Shown here: piece by piece, positions 20,051 through 30,044 of the stretch
Numbering within the stretch: the first letter of the stretch is position 1
How the letters are laid out: every line of letters starts with the position of its first letter
Origin: Myxococcota bacterium
GTDB lineage: Bacteria; Myxococcota_A; SURF-8
NCBI GenBank assembly: GCA_963674735.2
Contig: CAXXQS010000002.1
Span: 160,001-224,000 of the forward strand
Length of the DNA: 64,000 bases
Direction: 5' to 3'
Made by a program: the position numbers and the translations under genes
The notes under the pieces: generated by a model
What the model was told of the DNA's origin: nothing
What the model saw: the letters and a program-made list of their open reading frames with translations, nothing else
Databases searched by the model: none

Positions 20051-20099
20051 TTGCTTCGCATGCAAGAAGTAGGGAGTTCGAATCTCCTCACCTCCACCA
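20051..20099 (+). other. 3' half of tRNA-Ala(CGC), putative att site duplicated by integration
   Basis: TTGC-TT-CGC-AT-GCAA anticodon arm, GGGAG-TTCGAAT-CTCCT T arm, ...CTCCACCA end. No 5' acceptor strand or D arm upstream. Confidence 0.85.
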
Positions 20100-20110
20100 T
20101 TTACAAAACA

Positions 20111-20146
20111 CAAACCCGATTCTCCGTTAAACGAGGATCGGGTTTG
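20111..20146. terminator. Hairpin after the tRNA fragment (likely the original tRNA terminator)
   Basis: CAAACCCGAT...ATCGGGTTTG inverted repeat. Confidence 0.7.
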
Positions 20147-20289
20147 GTTGTTTATGGCGCTCTCCAAGACTGCGGCATCACTCCGCCACCCGGGTTGGTG
20201 CGATTTCAACCGGTCGAACTCATTCACCTTAAAAAAGCAGGCGATCTTCAACGACCGCCTGCTTGACATTTCCTGCTCTGATTGGTTCT

Positions 20290-23163
20290 CTATTCGGAAA
20301 GGGTATCCGGTTCGAGTCCAATAACGGCTCGGTTGTAGGCGGTATATATTCCTCCCAGATTATCAATATCGTAATAGCCTCGAATGCCATTAAAAGCATA
20401 GTCGGCATAGAATTGATCGTCGGAGTTATAACCATCACAGACCCACCAATGCCCGTACACACGGCCCGATTGTCCTGGTGCAGGGCTTTCTGGCGTGCGA
20501 CCAACGATAACAATGGGACGCCCTGCATCCAATTCTGCCTTGAAAAGATCGATCCATTCCTGACGAGTGAAATTTTCTCGGTAGACGATTTCTGCACTCT
20601 CGCTAAAGTTGAAGTAGTCGACAAATGTGGAGGGCAAATCGTCTTCAGCACCGATAGCCCAGATATGGGTGTACTCTCCAACCGCTCCGGTCGCTTCAAA
20701 AAGCCTTGCAGTTTCCTGGTATTCAGCTTCAGTAGCATCGTGAGCCAGCGTTGACGGCATCTGAGAATAATCCAGATTCAGGCTTTCCAGATCCACATCC
20801 CAGGCATTACCCCAGTAATCGGTGAATTGAAGATCGCCAACGCCGTTGGCCGGATATTGCCAGTAGTACAGGATACGAGCGATGGAGGTGGGGCCGCAGG
20901 CGTTTCCATAGTGCCCGTTCGGTCCATCCTCTTTTTCGGGGTAATAGGCATTGTAAGGCCAAGTGAAGGTGGTCCACTGGTTTTGAATCAAGGGTCCCAC
21001 TACCGGGGTTGCCTGGGCTTCCTGAATGTCTAAATCACTGCGCGGATGAATGCCATATTCGGAATAGTTGTAATCCACCGTTCCGACAATAAAATCGTAG
21101 CTATCACCAGACACAATATTACTTGCCGTGTATATCCCATCATCCACCTGACAGGCCCCACTGCCATCATCCACATACCACTGGGCATGATCGTCAGGTT
21201 CCTGTGTGACAGTTACGTTTGCAACCTTGACCAGTACACCTTCATAGGCTTCGCCACTAACAGCCTGGGTAAGCGTGGTCGTTGCAATGTCAGATGGATC
21301 AGGAACGGTATTACCCGTGCTGAGTATCGTTACTGCACCATCCACGATTTCAGTCAATCCGTAAAACTCCTTCACGGTTCCGATTACCTGTACTTCATCT
21401 CCAACATTTGCTCCCATATCAGCATTGTAAACATACACGCCACGCCATGCTCCACCAGCGGCTTCAGAGATGAAGAAGTTGTTGTTCTGACCCGCAAAGC
21501 CGGTTGCGGTTACGATGCCATTGGTCAATACCTGCTGATCCACCAACAGTGAGGGGTAGTCACCATCTCCGGCGACCGTCGTGTACTGGATATCGTAAAT
21601 GGACGTCGGGTCAAGCGTAGACTCACAGCTTCGCGACTCTGCATTGCACACTTCGTTTTCATCATTGCAATCCTTTGCTACGGTTTGATACAAACACGCG
21701 TCAAAGTATTGTAGATCGTTGTTTTCACAGTAGATATTGGCACCAGGTAAGCAATAATCGCTTGAAGCGCCAAAATTGATACAGTTGAAATTGTTGTCAC
21801 AGTCCACCTGTTCCTCACAGCTTTTCACACAGATACTTCTGTTGATAAGATTGATATTGATACAGAAATGGTCCGGTGCACAGTCATCGGTTTCCACACA
21901 TTCATCGCATTGCGTGCCGAGGGTTTCTTGATCTCCATCCGCGTCGCCATCTATCATGTCACCGTCAGTCTCATCACCGTCAACGGTATCATAATCACCG
22001 TCCACAATTAGATCGCAGCTTTTTGTCTCTGCATTGCAAACCCGTACACCATCTTCGCACTCAAGCAACTCCTCTTCCGTTCCACACGCATCCATTCTCC
22101 ATAAGTCGTTGTCTTCGCAGTAGTAGCTTCTGTCTGGAATGCAATAATTGACGCTCCCTCCGATATCCTGACATGTGAAATTTTCGTTACAATCAGTTTG
22201 CTCCAAACAGCTCTGTGCACAGAATTTACTTGGGGCACCCTGAAAACCAAGACATGCATGTTCTGCTTCACAATCAGGGTGATCTTCACACACATCACAT
22301 TGTGCGCCAAGTGTAATATCACCATCGGTCACGTCACCATCAACCACATCTCCGTCGGTGGTATCTCCATCAGTCTGATCTATGTCACCGTCAACCGTAC
22401 CGGTAGTACTGCGAACACATCTCACATTTTTCGGGTTGAAGTGATAGCTAACACGTAGTGCTGCCGAGAGATAACCCAATGACCAGGATGAGTTGTCAGC
22501 AGTTAACACCGAAGACCAATAAGGACCGCAGTCCCCCTCTTCTTCTACGAGATCATCCACCGTATAGCATTTTTCTTCGGATGGTCCCTGCAGGTACGAG
22601 CAGTTATCAGCGCAGGCATCATTGTCCATACAACTAGGAGAAAGGCAACTTCCCTCCCTAATGTTGCATGTTCCATCAATCTCCATTGTTGGACAACCGC
22701 GGATAAGACTGCGTAACTCGCCGATACCAGGCAAACGCCAATCATCAAACCCAACCAACTCCAGATTTTCACAGTATGCCAATGCCTCTTCGAATGCCAA
22801 TTGTGTGTCGGCAGGTGGATTTTGCCACATCAAGCCCAGTTCAACATCCATCCAGACTAATTCCGGATCGATATCGCCATCGGCCTCATCACCATCGGGG
22901 TCGTCATCACCATCGGTCGTCTCGTCGCCGTCAGAGGCATCTTGATCTCCATCCACTACAACGTCATCACCGTCGACCGGATCATCACCGTCAGAGGCAT
23001 CTTGATCTCCATCCACTACGACGTCATCACCGTCGACCGGATCATCACCGTCGACATTGCCATCGGGAGTATCACCGTCGGTTGAAGGTGCATCGGTATT
23101 ACAGGCAATCAATGTCAGGATTAGAATAAGAAGGAATGGAAACAATGGCAACTTGAGGTGCAT
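20290..23163 (-). CDS. Lipoprotein: DGD stalks, DUF1566, Cys-rich repeats, OB-fold, C-terminal peptidase C10-like domain
   Basis: Lipobox LIA-C; GLMWQ..DWRLPGIGEL; FFISEAAGGAWRGVYVY..GTVKEFYGLTE; WPYNAYYP..NACGPTSIARILYYWQYP..GHWWVCDGY. Confidence 0.85.
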   Translation of the reverse strand: MHLKLPLFPFLLILILTLIACNTDAPSTDGDTPDGNVDGDDPVDGDDVVVDGDQDASDGDDPVDGDDVVVDGDQDASDGDETTDGDDDPDGDEADGDIDPELVWMDVELGLMWQNPPADTQLAFEEALAYCENLELVGFDDWRLPGIGELRSLIRGCPTMEIDGTCNIREGSCLSPSCMDNDACADNCSYLQGPSEEKCYTVDDLVEEEGDCGPYWSSVLTADNSSWSLGYLSAALRVSYHFNPKNVRCVRSTTGTVDGDIDQTDGDTTDGDVVDGDVTDGDITLGAQCDVCEDHPDCEAEHACLGFQGAPSKFCAQSCLEQTDCNENFTCQDIGGSVNYCIPDRSYYCEDNDLWRMDACGTEEELLECEDGVRVCNAETKSCDLIVDGDYDTVDGDETDGDMIDGDADGDQETLGTQCDECVETDDCAPDHFCININLINRSICVKSCEEQVDCDNNFNCINFGASSDYCLPGANIYCENNDLQYFDACLYQTVAKDCNDENEVCNAESRSCESTLDPTSIYDIQYTTVAGDGDYPSLLVDQQVLTNGIVTATGFAGQNNNFFISEAAGGAWRGVYVYNADMGANVGDEVQVIGTVKEFYGLTEIVDGAVTILSTGNTVPDPSDIATTTLTQAVSGEAYEGVLVKVANVTVTQEPDDHAQWYVDDGSGACQVDDGIYTASNIVSGDSYDFIVGTVDYNYSEYGIHPRSDLDIQEAQATPVVGPLIQNQWTTFTWPYNAYYPEKEDGPNGHYGNACGPTSIARILYYWQYPANGVGDLQFTDYWGNAWDVDLESLNLDYSQMPSTLAHDATEAEYQETARLFEATGAVGEYTHIWAIGAEDDLPSTFVDYFNFSESAEIVYRENFTRQEWIDLFKAELDAGRPIVIVGRTPESPAPGQSGRVYGHWWVCDGYNSDDQFYADYAFNGIRGYYDIDNLGGIYTAYNRAVIGLEPDTLSE
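22928..23052. repeat. 60-bp tandem duplication within the DGD stalk
   Basis: Two 60-bp units differing at one base, encoding DGDDPVDGDDVVVDGDQDAS twice. Confidence 0.9.
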
Positions 23164-23295
23164 GGTAAATCTCCAGCTTCAACGGGAAGAGCTAATTTGT
23201 TGTCATTCCAAGTATACCCCAAAAAAAAATGATGTCAATTCTCTTGGATGTTTATGGTAAGGAAATAGTAGCTTACTGAAAAATGAGCAGACCCG

Positions 23296-23430
23296 TTATC
23301 TTCTGGAATTCAGGGAATTATTAGAGTTTGATGTCACCTTCTCAATTTCCACCGGGTCGAGATCGGCGAGCTTCAGGATTTTTCGCAACTTGGAGATGTC
23401 TCTGTCCAGTAGGTCGGCAAGGTCGACCAC
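23296..23430 (-). pseudogene. Possible ParB-like HTH remnant
   Basis: VVDLADLLDRDISKLRKILKLADLDPVEIE resembles ParB-type HTH plus the LxL motif; abuts the RM remnant on the opposite strand. Confidence 0.4.
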
Positions 23431-23431
23431 C

Positions 23432-23989
23432 GACCTGACCATGACCGGCATGTACAACGTGCTGGAAAAACTGCACAACGGCGAGGCGCTGACGGCCAAA
23501 GAAAAGCAGATCCACGAGTGGGCGGCGACGACCGTCTTGAAGGAATTGCACGACGAGTTGGACGCCGCCGTTTTCGACGCCTACGGCTGGCCCGCGAGCC
23601 TTAGCGACGAGGAAATCCTGGAGCGGCTGGTGGCGCTCAATCACGAACGCGCCGACGAGGAAAAGCGGGGGCTGATCCGTTGGCTGCGCCCCGACTACCA
23701 GAACCCGGACGGCGCAACCGCCGTTACGCAAACCGAAGCCGAGCTAGCCGAACGCACACCGGCCAAGGCCAAGGCCGCCGCCCTGAAAAAACGCCCCTGG
23801 CCCAAAGCCCTGCCGGAACAGGTGCAGGCCCTGCGCGAGGTGCTGGCCGAACTCCCCGAAGCCGCGGACGAGGCCACCCTCGCCAAAGCCTTCAAAGGCG
23901 CACGCAAAGACAAGCTTTCCGAGATTTTGGCGACGCTGGAAGTCACCGGCTTGGCGCGTCGAACGGACGCGGGCTTGTGGGAAGGCTGA
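23432..23989 (+). pseudogene. C-terminal fragment of a type IIG (MmeI-like) restriction-modification enzyme
   Basis: DLTMTGMYNVLEKL..LHDELDAAVFDAYGW..ILERLVALNHERADEEKRGLIRWLRPDYQNP is the typical tail. No nuclease or MTase motifs upstream. Confidence 0.8.
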
Positions 23990-24000
23990 TCCGCCCGCCC

Positions 24001-27000
24001 TCAGGCGTCCAGCACCTCCCGCACTTTTTTAGCCAAGGCCTGGGGCGTATAGGGCTTTCCGATGAAGTTCAAGCCCTCGTCGAGAACGCCATGGTGTTCG
24101 ATCACCGCCTCCGTATATCCGGAGGTGAACAGCACTTTCAGATTCGGCATGCGAGCCACCAGCTTTTCAGACAACTCGCGCCCGTTCATGTTCGGCATCA
24201 CGATATCGGTTAAAAGCATGTCGATCGGCCGATGCTGCTTGTCGACCAGCGCCAGCGCGTTGCCGCCCGTATCCGCCTGGTGAACCGCGTACCCCTGTCG
24301 AGTCAGGATTCGGACGGCGATATTTCGAACCATGTCTTCGTCTTCCACAACCAAAATCGTCTCATGCCCCTTCGGCAGGTCCTCCCACTTGCTGCGTCGG
24401 GCAAGCGAGTCCGCCTTGCCTTGCGCCCTCGGCAAGTAGACCTTAAACACCGTCCCTTCGTCGGGCTCGGAATACACCTCCACATATCCGTTATGCTGTT
24501 TGACGATTCCGTATACCATCGCCAGGCCCAGCCCGGTTCCCTCCCCCTCCTTCTTGGTGGTGAAAAAGGGATCGAAGATTTTCAAGCGCGTCTCTTCGTC
24601 CATCCCCTGGCCATTATCGGTAACCGCGAGCCGCACGTATTCCCCCGCCTGGGCGTCGGGGTGGTTTCGGCTCGCCTCGTCCGTAAGGTGGAATTCGCCC
24701 GTTTCAATGGTCAGCTTCCCGCCATCCGGCATGGCGTCTCGCGCGTTCACGGCCAGGTTGATCAAGATTTGTTCCACCTGCCCCGGATCGGCTTTAACCG
24801 GGCAGATATTCCGCTCAAGCCTGATGCTCAGTTCGACATCCTCGCCGATTATGCGTCGCAGCATCTTGTGCGTATGGTTGATCAGTTCATTCAAATCCAG
24901 CACCTTCGGATTGATGATCTGCTTTCTGGAGAACGCCAACAGCTGCCGAGTGAGGGAGGCCGCGCTATCGGCGGCCTGGTTGATTTCGTTGAAGGTCTCG
25001 ATCAGCGGATCGCCGGGCCTCAGATCGAAAAGAGCCAACGAAACATTGCCGGTGATGCTGGTGAGCAAATTGTTGAAGTCGTGGGCCACTCCGCCCGCCA
25101 AACGCCCCACGGATTCCATTCGTTGCGCCTGATGAAGCTGGGATTCAAGCCTGGATTTTTCGATTTCGGCGCTTTTCTGATCGGTGATATCGAAAAAGGC
25201 CACGACGAAATGATCGGGAGAACTCTGAAAAGCCGCGATGTCAAACCAGCGCTCGCGCAATTTCAGGTAGTGCTGAAAACGAATCGTTTCACCCTGCTGC
25301 CCCACGCGCGCATAGGTTCCGACCCAATCGAAGGAATCCGTCTCAAGACCGGGGTATACCTCCGTCACCCGCTTACCTTTCGGATCGTATCCGAGAAGAT
25401 TCCGATAGTTCTCATTGGCATCTTCAAACGTATAATTGATGGCGCGACCGGTATCATCGTAGACCAAACGATGGTACGCGATGCCCATGGGACTTTTCTC
25501 GAACAGGGCACGAAATTTTTCTTCGCTTCTTTGCAAGGCCTCCTCGGTTTGCTTGCGTTCGGTGATATCGTCGATGATCCAAACGGCGCCCAGGCTCAAG
25601 TCCGGGGGAGAGATGGCGCGGCCACTGAACTGACACCAGACCGTGTGGCCGTCTTTATGCCGCAACGGATATTCGATTTGAAGGATGTTCATTTCACCCA
25701 GACGCCAGTAGTATTTTTCCCCGAATTCCACGAAGTTCTCATGCGACAAATGCACCTGCTCAGGCCCTTTGCCTTCCAGCTCGGCGGTCGTAAACCCCAA
25801 CATCTCCGCCATGCGCGGGTTGACCTTGGTGATGGTTCGATCGTACAGAACCATGATTCCGACCATACTGCTCTCGAAAATCGCCTTCTGTTCGTCGAGC
25901 ATCGCCCGCCGTTTTTCCTCAGCCAGCTTTCTTTCGGTGATGTCCTGCACGGTGCCCTTGATTAACACAAGCTCGCCGTCGTCATCGTAAACACCCTGGA
26001 AAGTCGAGGCATAATACCCGATACTGCCGTCGGCCTTCATGATCTTCTGCTCGTACTGTCCACGTTCCTTACTGGCCATCGCTTGCTCAATCAATTCCGT
26101 ATGCCGCTGGTTTTCTTCAGGCCAGGGCGAAAAAGACATAACCGAATCGATTGTCGGCACGAAGGTTTCAGGATCAACCTGAAAGAGGCTATAAACATGC
26201 TTCGACCATGTCACCTCGCCGGTTTTCACATCCCACAGCCAATTGCCCAGTCGCGCCATGTCCTGCGCATCTCTTAGCTTGCTCGCACTTTCCTTCAGTT
26301 CTTCCTCCGCCCGCTTGTGAGCGGTGAGATCCAAGACAATCGATAAGAGCTGTTTCTTTCCCGCTACATCAATCAACTCGCCATAATACGAACTGTGAAA
26401 CTTACTTCCATCAACACGCCTCAAGTCCAATTCAAAATCTCTAACAACGCCTTCTGACTTGATCGACTCCACCAGCCTGGCACGATCTTCGACGGAGATG
26501 AAACCGATATCGACAGATCTTTTTCCGACCACCTCTGCACGAGTAAATCCGGTCGTTTCCAAAAACGCCTCGTTGACATCCAGGTAACGTCCATCTTCTA
26601 TCGTGCTGATGCTCATCAACAAGGGGGCGTGCTGAAAAGCCATCGAGAATTTCTTTTCGGAAATTATTCGCGCTTCTTCCGACTGCTTATAGGCGGTGAT
26701 ATCATTGTGCGAGCCTCGCAGGTAAGCGGAATTTCCCTCTGCATCCGTCGTAACGGAGGCCTGGGCCAATATCCAGCGGTAAGAGCCGTCTTTGTGGCGA
26801 AAACGGAATTCGATCTGTAAGGCTTGTCCTTTCTCGTCGATACATCTTTCTACCGCCTCGACAGTCCGAACGAAGTCTTCCGGATGAATGCGTTGCTTCC
26901 ATTCCTCCACCTCTTCACCGATCTCATCGGGGTCGTAACCGATCTGGCGTTTCCATTCATCGGAATACTGCACCCTGTTCGTCTTCAGATCCCAATCCCA

Positions 27001-28050
27001 CAAACCGATTTTTGCCGCCTTGACGACTTCGATCTTGCGATAGATGGCTTCTTCCAACTCGGCCTTCATTTTTCTCTGTTCCGTGATATCGCGACACACG
27101 GCACACACGGCCGCGACACCGCCACCCGCATCGTAAATGGGCGTTAAAACCGAATCCGTGAACAGGAGACTCCCTTGAATGATCGTTTCATCCTGAACGT
27201 TGAATCCTTTCGCCGTTTCAAAGACTTGATCGATGCGACTCATCCACAGACGCATGAAATCCGGCACATGGCCAAAACCATCACGAATGTTCTTTCCGAT
27301 CACTTTATCACGACTGGCGCCAACATAATCGATCGCCGCCTGATTGGCGTACAAATAGTTATAATCTTGATCCCAAATCATAATACAGTCATTTGCCGAC
27401 TCAAAAGCTGTCCGAAATCGTTCCTCGCTATTTCGTAATGTCAGCCGAATTTGTCTCTTTGCAAGTCGACTTACCATCAGCTTTCCCAGAAGAACCGTTC
27501 CAATGGGGTAAATGATGATAATAGGCAAGCTTATTTTTTGAAACACGGCAAATGTGATGGCATCCGGCAAAGCCAACATGCTCAGAAGCATGTTAAGATG
27601 GACGACAAAACCGAAGAGGTAGAGTTCTCGCCAAGAAATTGTTTCCAGTTTGGTGCGTGTAAACCTTTTCCAAACGATTCCGATAATACCGGATGTGCAA
27701 ATAACCAATATGCCCATCCATACCCCCGCTCCTCCTTGGTACATACGAAAAGCCGCTGTCGTCAAAACAGCCATCAGAGCCGTGATGGGTCCGAAAAAAA
27801 GGCCGCTGATGGAAAGCAAAATGGATCGCGTATCGAAAAACACTCCAGGTTCGAATTCCCAGTAATTGAGCATTACGGCGATGCCGATGCCGCCGAGGAC
27901 AAAACCAACAACGAGCTGTCTGGTGATCGATTCTCGCCTTTCCGACTGATCCGAAAAAATCAGGTCGTAGAGCAATCCAAACGCAAGAAGAAGCGCGGCA
28001 TTGTTTAATAAACCGATATAAATACTCGTACTCAAGGGAAGGCCTCCCAT
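24001..28050 (-). CDS. Hybrid sensor histidine kinase (LytS-like 5TM input, about 6 PAS, HisKA, HATPase, REC)
   Basis: TM N-terminus with FFDTRS; PAS repeats; GGVAHDFNNLL; NARDAM; DPFFTTK..GTGLGL; LLTDIVMP..FTSGY..KPY. Confidence 0.95.
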   Translation of the reverse strand: MGGLPLSTSIYIGLLNNAALLLAFGLLYDLIFSDQSERRESITRQLVVGFVLGGIGIAVMLNYWEFEPGVFFDTRSILLSISGLFFGPITALMAVLTTAAFRMYQGGAGVWMGILVICTSGIIGIVWKRFTRTKLETISWRELYLFGFVVHLNMLLSMLALPDAITFAVFQKISLPIIIIYPIGTVLLGKLMVSRLAKRQIRLTLRNSEERFRTAFESANDCIMIWDQDYNYLYANQAAIDYVGASRDKVIGKNIRDGFGHVPDFMRLWMSRIDQVFETAKGFNVQDETIIQGSLLFTDSVLTPIYDAGGGVAAVCAVCRDITEQRKMKAELEEAIYRKIEVVKAAKIGLWDWDLKTNRVQYSDEWKRQIGYDPDEIGEEVEEWKQRIHPEDFVRTVEAVERCIDEKGQALQIEFRFRHKDGSYRWILAQASVTTDAEGNSAYLRGSHNDITAYKQSEEARIISEKKFSMAFQHAPLLMSISTIEDGRYLDVNEAFLETTGFTRAEVVGKRSVDIGFISVEDRARLVESIKSEGVVRDFELDLRRVDGSKFHSSYYGELIDVAGKKQLLSIVLDLTAHKRAEEELKESASKLRDAQDMARLGNWLWDVKTGEVTWSKHVYSLFQVDPETFVPTIDSVMSFSPWPEENQRHTELIEQAMASKERGQYEQKIMKADGSIGYYASTFQGVYDDDGELVLIKGTVQDITERKLAEEKRRAMLDEQKAIFESSMVGIMVLYDRTITKVNPRMAEMLGFTTAELEGKGPEQVHLSHENFVEFGEKYYWRLGEMNILQIEYPLRHKDGHTVWCQFSGRAISPPDLSLGAVWIIDDITERKQTEEALQRSEEKFRALFEKSPMGIAYHRLVYDDTGRAINYTFEDANENYRNLLGYDPKGKRVTEVYPGLETDSFDWVGTYARVGQQGETIRFQHYLKLRERWFDIAAFQSSPDHFVVAFFDITDQKSAEIEKSRLESQLHQAQRMESVGRLAGGVAHDFNNLLTSITGNVSLALFDLRPGDPLIETFNEINQAADSAASLTRQLLAFSRKQIINPKVLDLNELINHTHKMLRRIIGEDVELSIRLERNICPVKADPGQVEQILINLAVNARDAMPDGGKLTIETGEFHLTDEASRNHPDAQAGEYVRLAVTDNGQGMDEETRLKIFDPFFTTKKEGEGTGLGLAMVYGIVKQHNGYVEVYSEPDEGTVFKVYLPRAQGKADSLARRSKWEDLPKGHETILVVEDEDMVRNIAVRILTRQGYAVHQADTGGNALALVDKQHRPIDMLLTDIVMPNMNGRELSEKLVARMPNLKVLFTSGYTEAVIEHHGVLDEGLNFIGKPYTPQALAKKVREVLDA

Positions 28051-28277
28051 TTCCTAAGCAGTAAGTATATGAGTTGTGATTTCATGCATTTATAGTAGTA
28101 AACCATTAATAGTGCTTTTATTCAAGCAAACTGTCGCCTCCTATCCTGCAAATGCCTGTGCTCATGGTAGAAGCTATTCCCAGCGACATTCATCCACAAA
28201 CAAAGGGCGACAACTCCGCTCCTTGCCGCTCGTCTCTGCTATCAAATCGGAATTTTGGAGATGGAAGTTAAAAAGAA

Positions 28278-28341
28278 GTTGACACTTTTAAAAATATCTA
28301 TATATTGACTGAACGTTCAGTCAATTATTGAAAGTGTCAAC
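28278..28341 (+). promoter_or_regulatory. Sigma70-like promoter with TetR-type operator
   Basis: TTGACA 28279-28284, TATATT 28301-28306; perfect 22-bp palindrome ATTGACTGAACGTTCAGTCAAT at 28304-28325. Confidence 0.85.
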
Positions 28342-28953
28342 ATGGCTAGAAACCCCGGAAAAAATACGGAAATGAAGGATCGACGCCGTGAGCAGCTTTT
28401 GTCCAAGGCTTTGCAGCTTTTCGCCACCCGCGGACTTTCCGGGACGAAAATCAGCCACATCGCGAATGCGGCCGGCATTTCACAGGGCTTGCTTTACCAT
28501 TACTACAAATCCAAGGAAGACATTTACACCGAATTGATCGGTGGAGCGCTGGAACGCATGAACGAGGCAGCCCGCGGCCTGGAAAAGCTTCCCATAAGCC
28601 CACGAGAAAAAATCAGCCATGCCCTGGAAGCGATGCTCGACAACATGCAACACAATGACGATTTCTCCCGTTATTTCATGCTGATTGCTCAGGCCACGGC
28701 CTCCGAGGATATTCCGCCGGCCACGCGACAGATCATCGAGAAGGAAAACCGAACTCCCTATGAGGTCATCGAGCGCATCATGATCGCGGGTCAGCAAGAC
28801 GGATCCATCAAGCAACATGACGCGAGCGAACTGGCGTTGGTCTTCTGGACCACCATCAAGGGTCTCGCGTTCCATGCCACCACCCACAAGGCAACCTTCC
28901 GAGCACCGGATGTCCGGCTGCTGACCAGCCTCTTCTTTACCGAATCCGATTGA
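28342..28953 (+). CDS. TetR/AcrR family regulator
   Basis: LFATRGLSGTKISHIANAAGISQGLLYHYYKSKEDI HTH. Confidence 0.95.
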   Translation: MARNPGKNTEMKDRRREQLLSKALQLFATRGLSGTKISHIANAAGISQGLLYHYYKSKEDIYTELIGGALERMNEAARGLEKLPISPREKISHALEAMLDNMQHNDDFSRYFMLIAQATASEDIPPATRQIIEKENRTPYEVIERIMIAGQQDGSIKQHDASELALVFWTTIKGLAFHATTHKATFRAPDVRLLTSLFFTESD

Positions 28954-28969
28954 GCAGAGGAATGTTCCG

Positions 28970-29878
28970 ATGAAAACGACCGACAAATCGACAAGCGATC
29001 TCTCGCGACAGACCGCGAGTTCCTCCACGCGGACAATCCTGCAAACGCCGTGCGGCCCGATCGAATACACGACTTTTGGAGAAGGTCCGGCCGTGCTGGC
29101 GATTCATGGCGCCATGGGCGGTTACGATCAAAGCGAGATCTTGGCCCGCACCATCGGCCCTCCGAATTGCCGCTACCTCTCGGTCTCCCGGCCCGGGTAT
29201 CTGGGCACCCCGCTCGACTCCGGCAAGAGTTCCGAACAACAGGCGGATCTTTACGTGCAGCTGCTCGATGCCCTTCACCTCGACCGGGTCGCGGTGTTCG
29301 CCGTTTCGGGCGGCGGGCCCTCTGCTTTACATTTCGCGCTTCGTCACCCGAGCCGCTGCCGGGGGCTGGTTCTGGCCTCCACGCCCGGCGATATCATGGA
29401 CACACCCATCCCGCTTTCCTTCAAGGTTATGACGCTGCTGGCCAGGTGGCCCTTCTTCGTTTCCATGATGAGAAGAAAAATGGAAGCCAATTTCGAACGC
29501 ACCGCCCAACGCTCGATTCGCGACCCGGAGATACGCCAACGTGTCCTCGCCGACCCGCAAACCGGCCCGCTGTTCAAAAGTCTCACGCTCAGCCTGTTCG
29601 ATCGCATGAACGAACGGCTGGCGGGCACAAGAAACGATATCCTCGTCACGCGCCATCAGTCCTACCCACTCGAAGAGGTGTCGGTTCCGACTCTGATCGT
29701 GCACGGGACGAACGACCAGGTCGTGCCCTACGCGCGGCATGCCGAAGCGTTGGCGTCGAGGATCCCCGGCGCGCAGTTGTGCCGCATCGAGGACGGCGAA
29801 CACGTATCCATCTTCACGCATCGGGATGACGTGCAAGCACGGGTGAAATCGTTTATGGAAGAAAATGTGCTGAAGTGA
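28970..29878 (+). CDS. Alpha/beta hydrolase
   Basis: HGAMGG, AVSGGG nucleophile elbow, HGTNDQVVP, GEH. Confidence 0.9.
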   Translation: MKTTDKSTSDLSRQTASSSTRTILQTPCGPIEYTTFGEGPAVLAIHGAMGGYDQSEILARTIGPPNCRYLSVSRPGYLGTPLDSGKSSEQQADLYVQLLDALHLDRVAVFAVSGGGPSALHFALRHPSRCRGLVLASTPGDIMDTPIPLSFKVMTLLARWPFFVSMMRRKMEANFERTAQRSIRDPEIRQRVLADPQTGPLFKSLTLSLFDRMNERLAGTRNDILVTRHQSYPLEEVSVPTLIVHGTNDQVVPYARHAEALASRIPGAQLCRIEDGEHVSIFTHRDDVQARVKSFMEENVLK

Positions 29879-29920
29879 CGGCACGCTCTTTGGAATGACA
29901 CCAAGCCGCATAAACCACAA

Positions 29921-29949
29921 CGGGCACCTACGAAATTCGTAGATGCCCG
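29921..29949. terminator. Hairpin between the convergent hydrolase and tRNA-Leu genes
   Basis: CGGGCACCTACGAA-A-TTCGTAGATGCCCG. Confidence 0.65.
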
Positions 29950-29956
29950 AAATGTT

Positions 29957-30044
29957 TGGTACCGGAGGAGGGACTCGAACCCTCACATAGGCAAGCTATA
30001 CCAGATTTTGAGTCTAGCGCGTCTACCAATTCCGCCACTCCGGC
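29957..30044 (-). tRNA. tRNA-Leu(CAA)
   Basis: GCCGGAGTGGCGGAATTGGTAGACGCGCTAGACT-CAA-AATCTGG..GAGGGTTCGAGTCCCTCCTCCGGTACCA; long variable arm, encoded CCA. Confidence 0.97.

Larger units (their letters stand above)
1..20099. mobile_element. Right part of a putative genomic island integrated at tRNA-Ala(CGC); left end and integrase outside the window
   Basis: Ends in a tRNA 3' fragment (20051-20099) with arm-like and IHF-like sites just inside. Patchy, AT-richer composition than 30-64 kb. Orphan C gene, gene remnants and dispersed repeats. No housekeeping genes. Confidence 0.7.

Noticed and set aside
20020-20099. Functional tRNA-Ala
   Set aside because: The upstream sequence cannot form the acceptor stem or D arm; treated as an att fragment.
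6274-23163. Diversity-generating retroelement targeting the FGE and DUF1566 (C-type lectin fold) domains
   Set aside because: No reverse transcriptase, and I found no AAC-rich template repeat matching any variable region in the window. A remote DGR cannot be excluded.
20100-29956. Discrete island integrated at tRNA-Leu
   Set aside because: No duplicate of the tRNA-Leu 3' end and no integrase seen, so boundaries cannot be supported.
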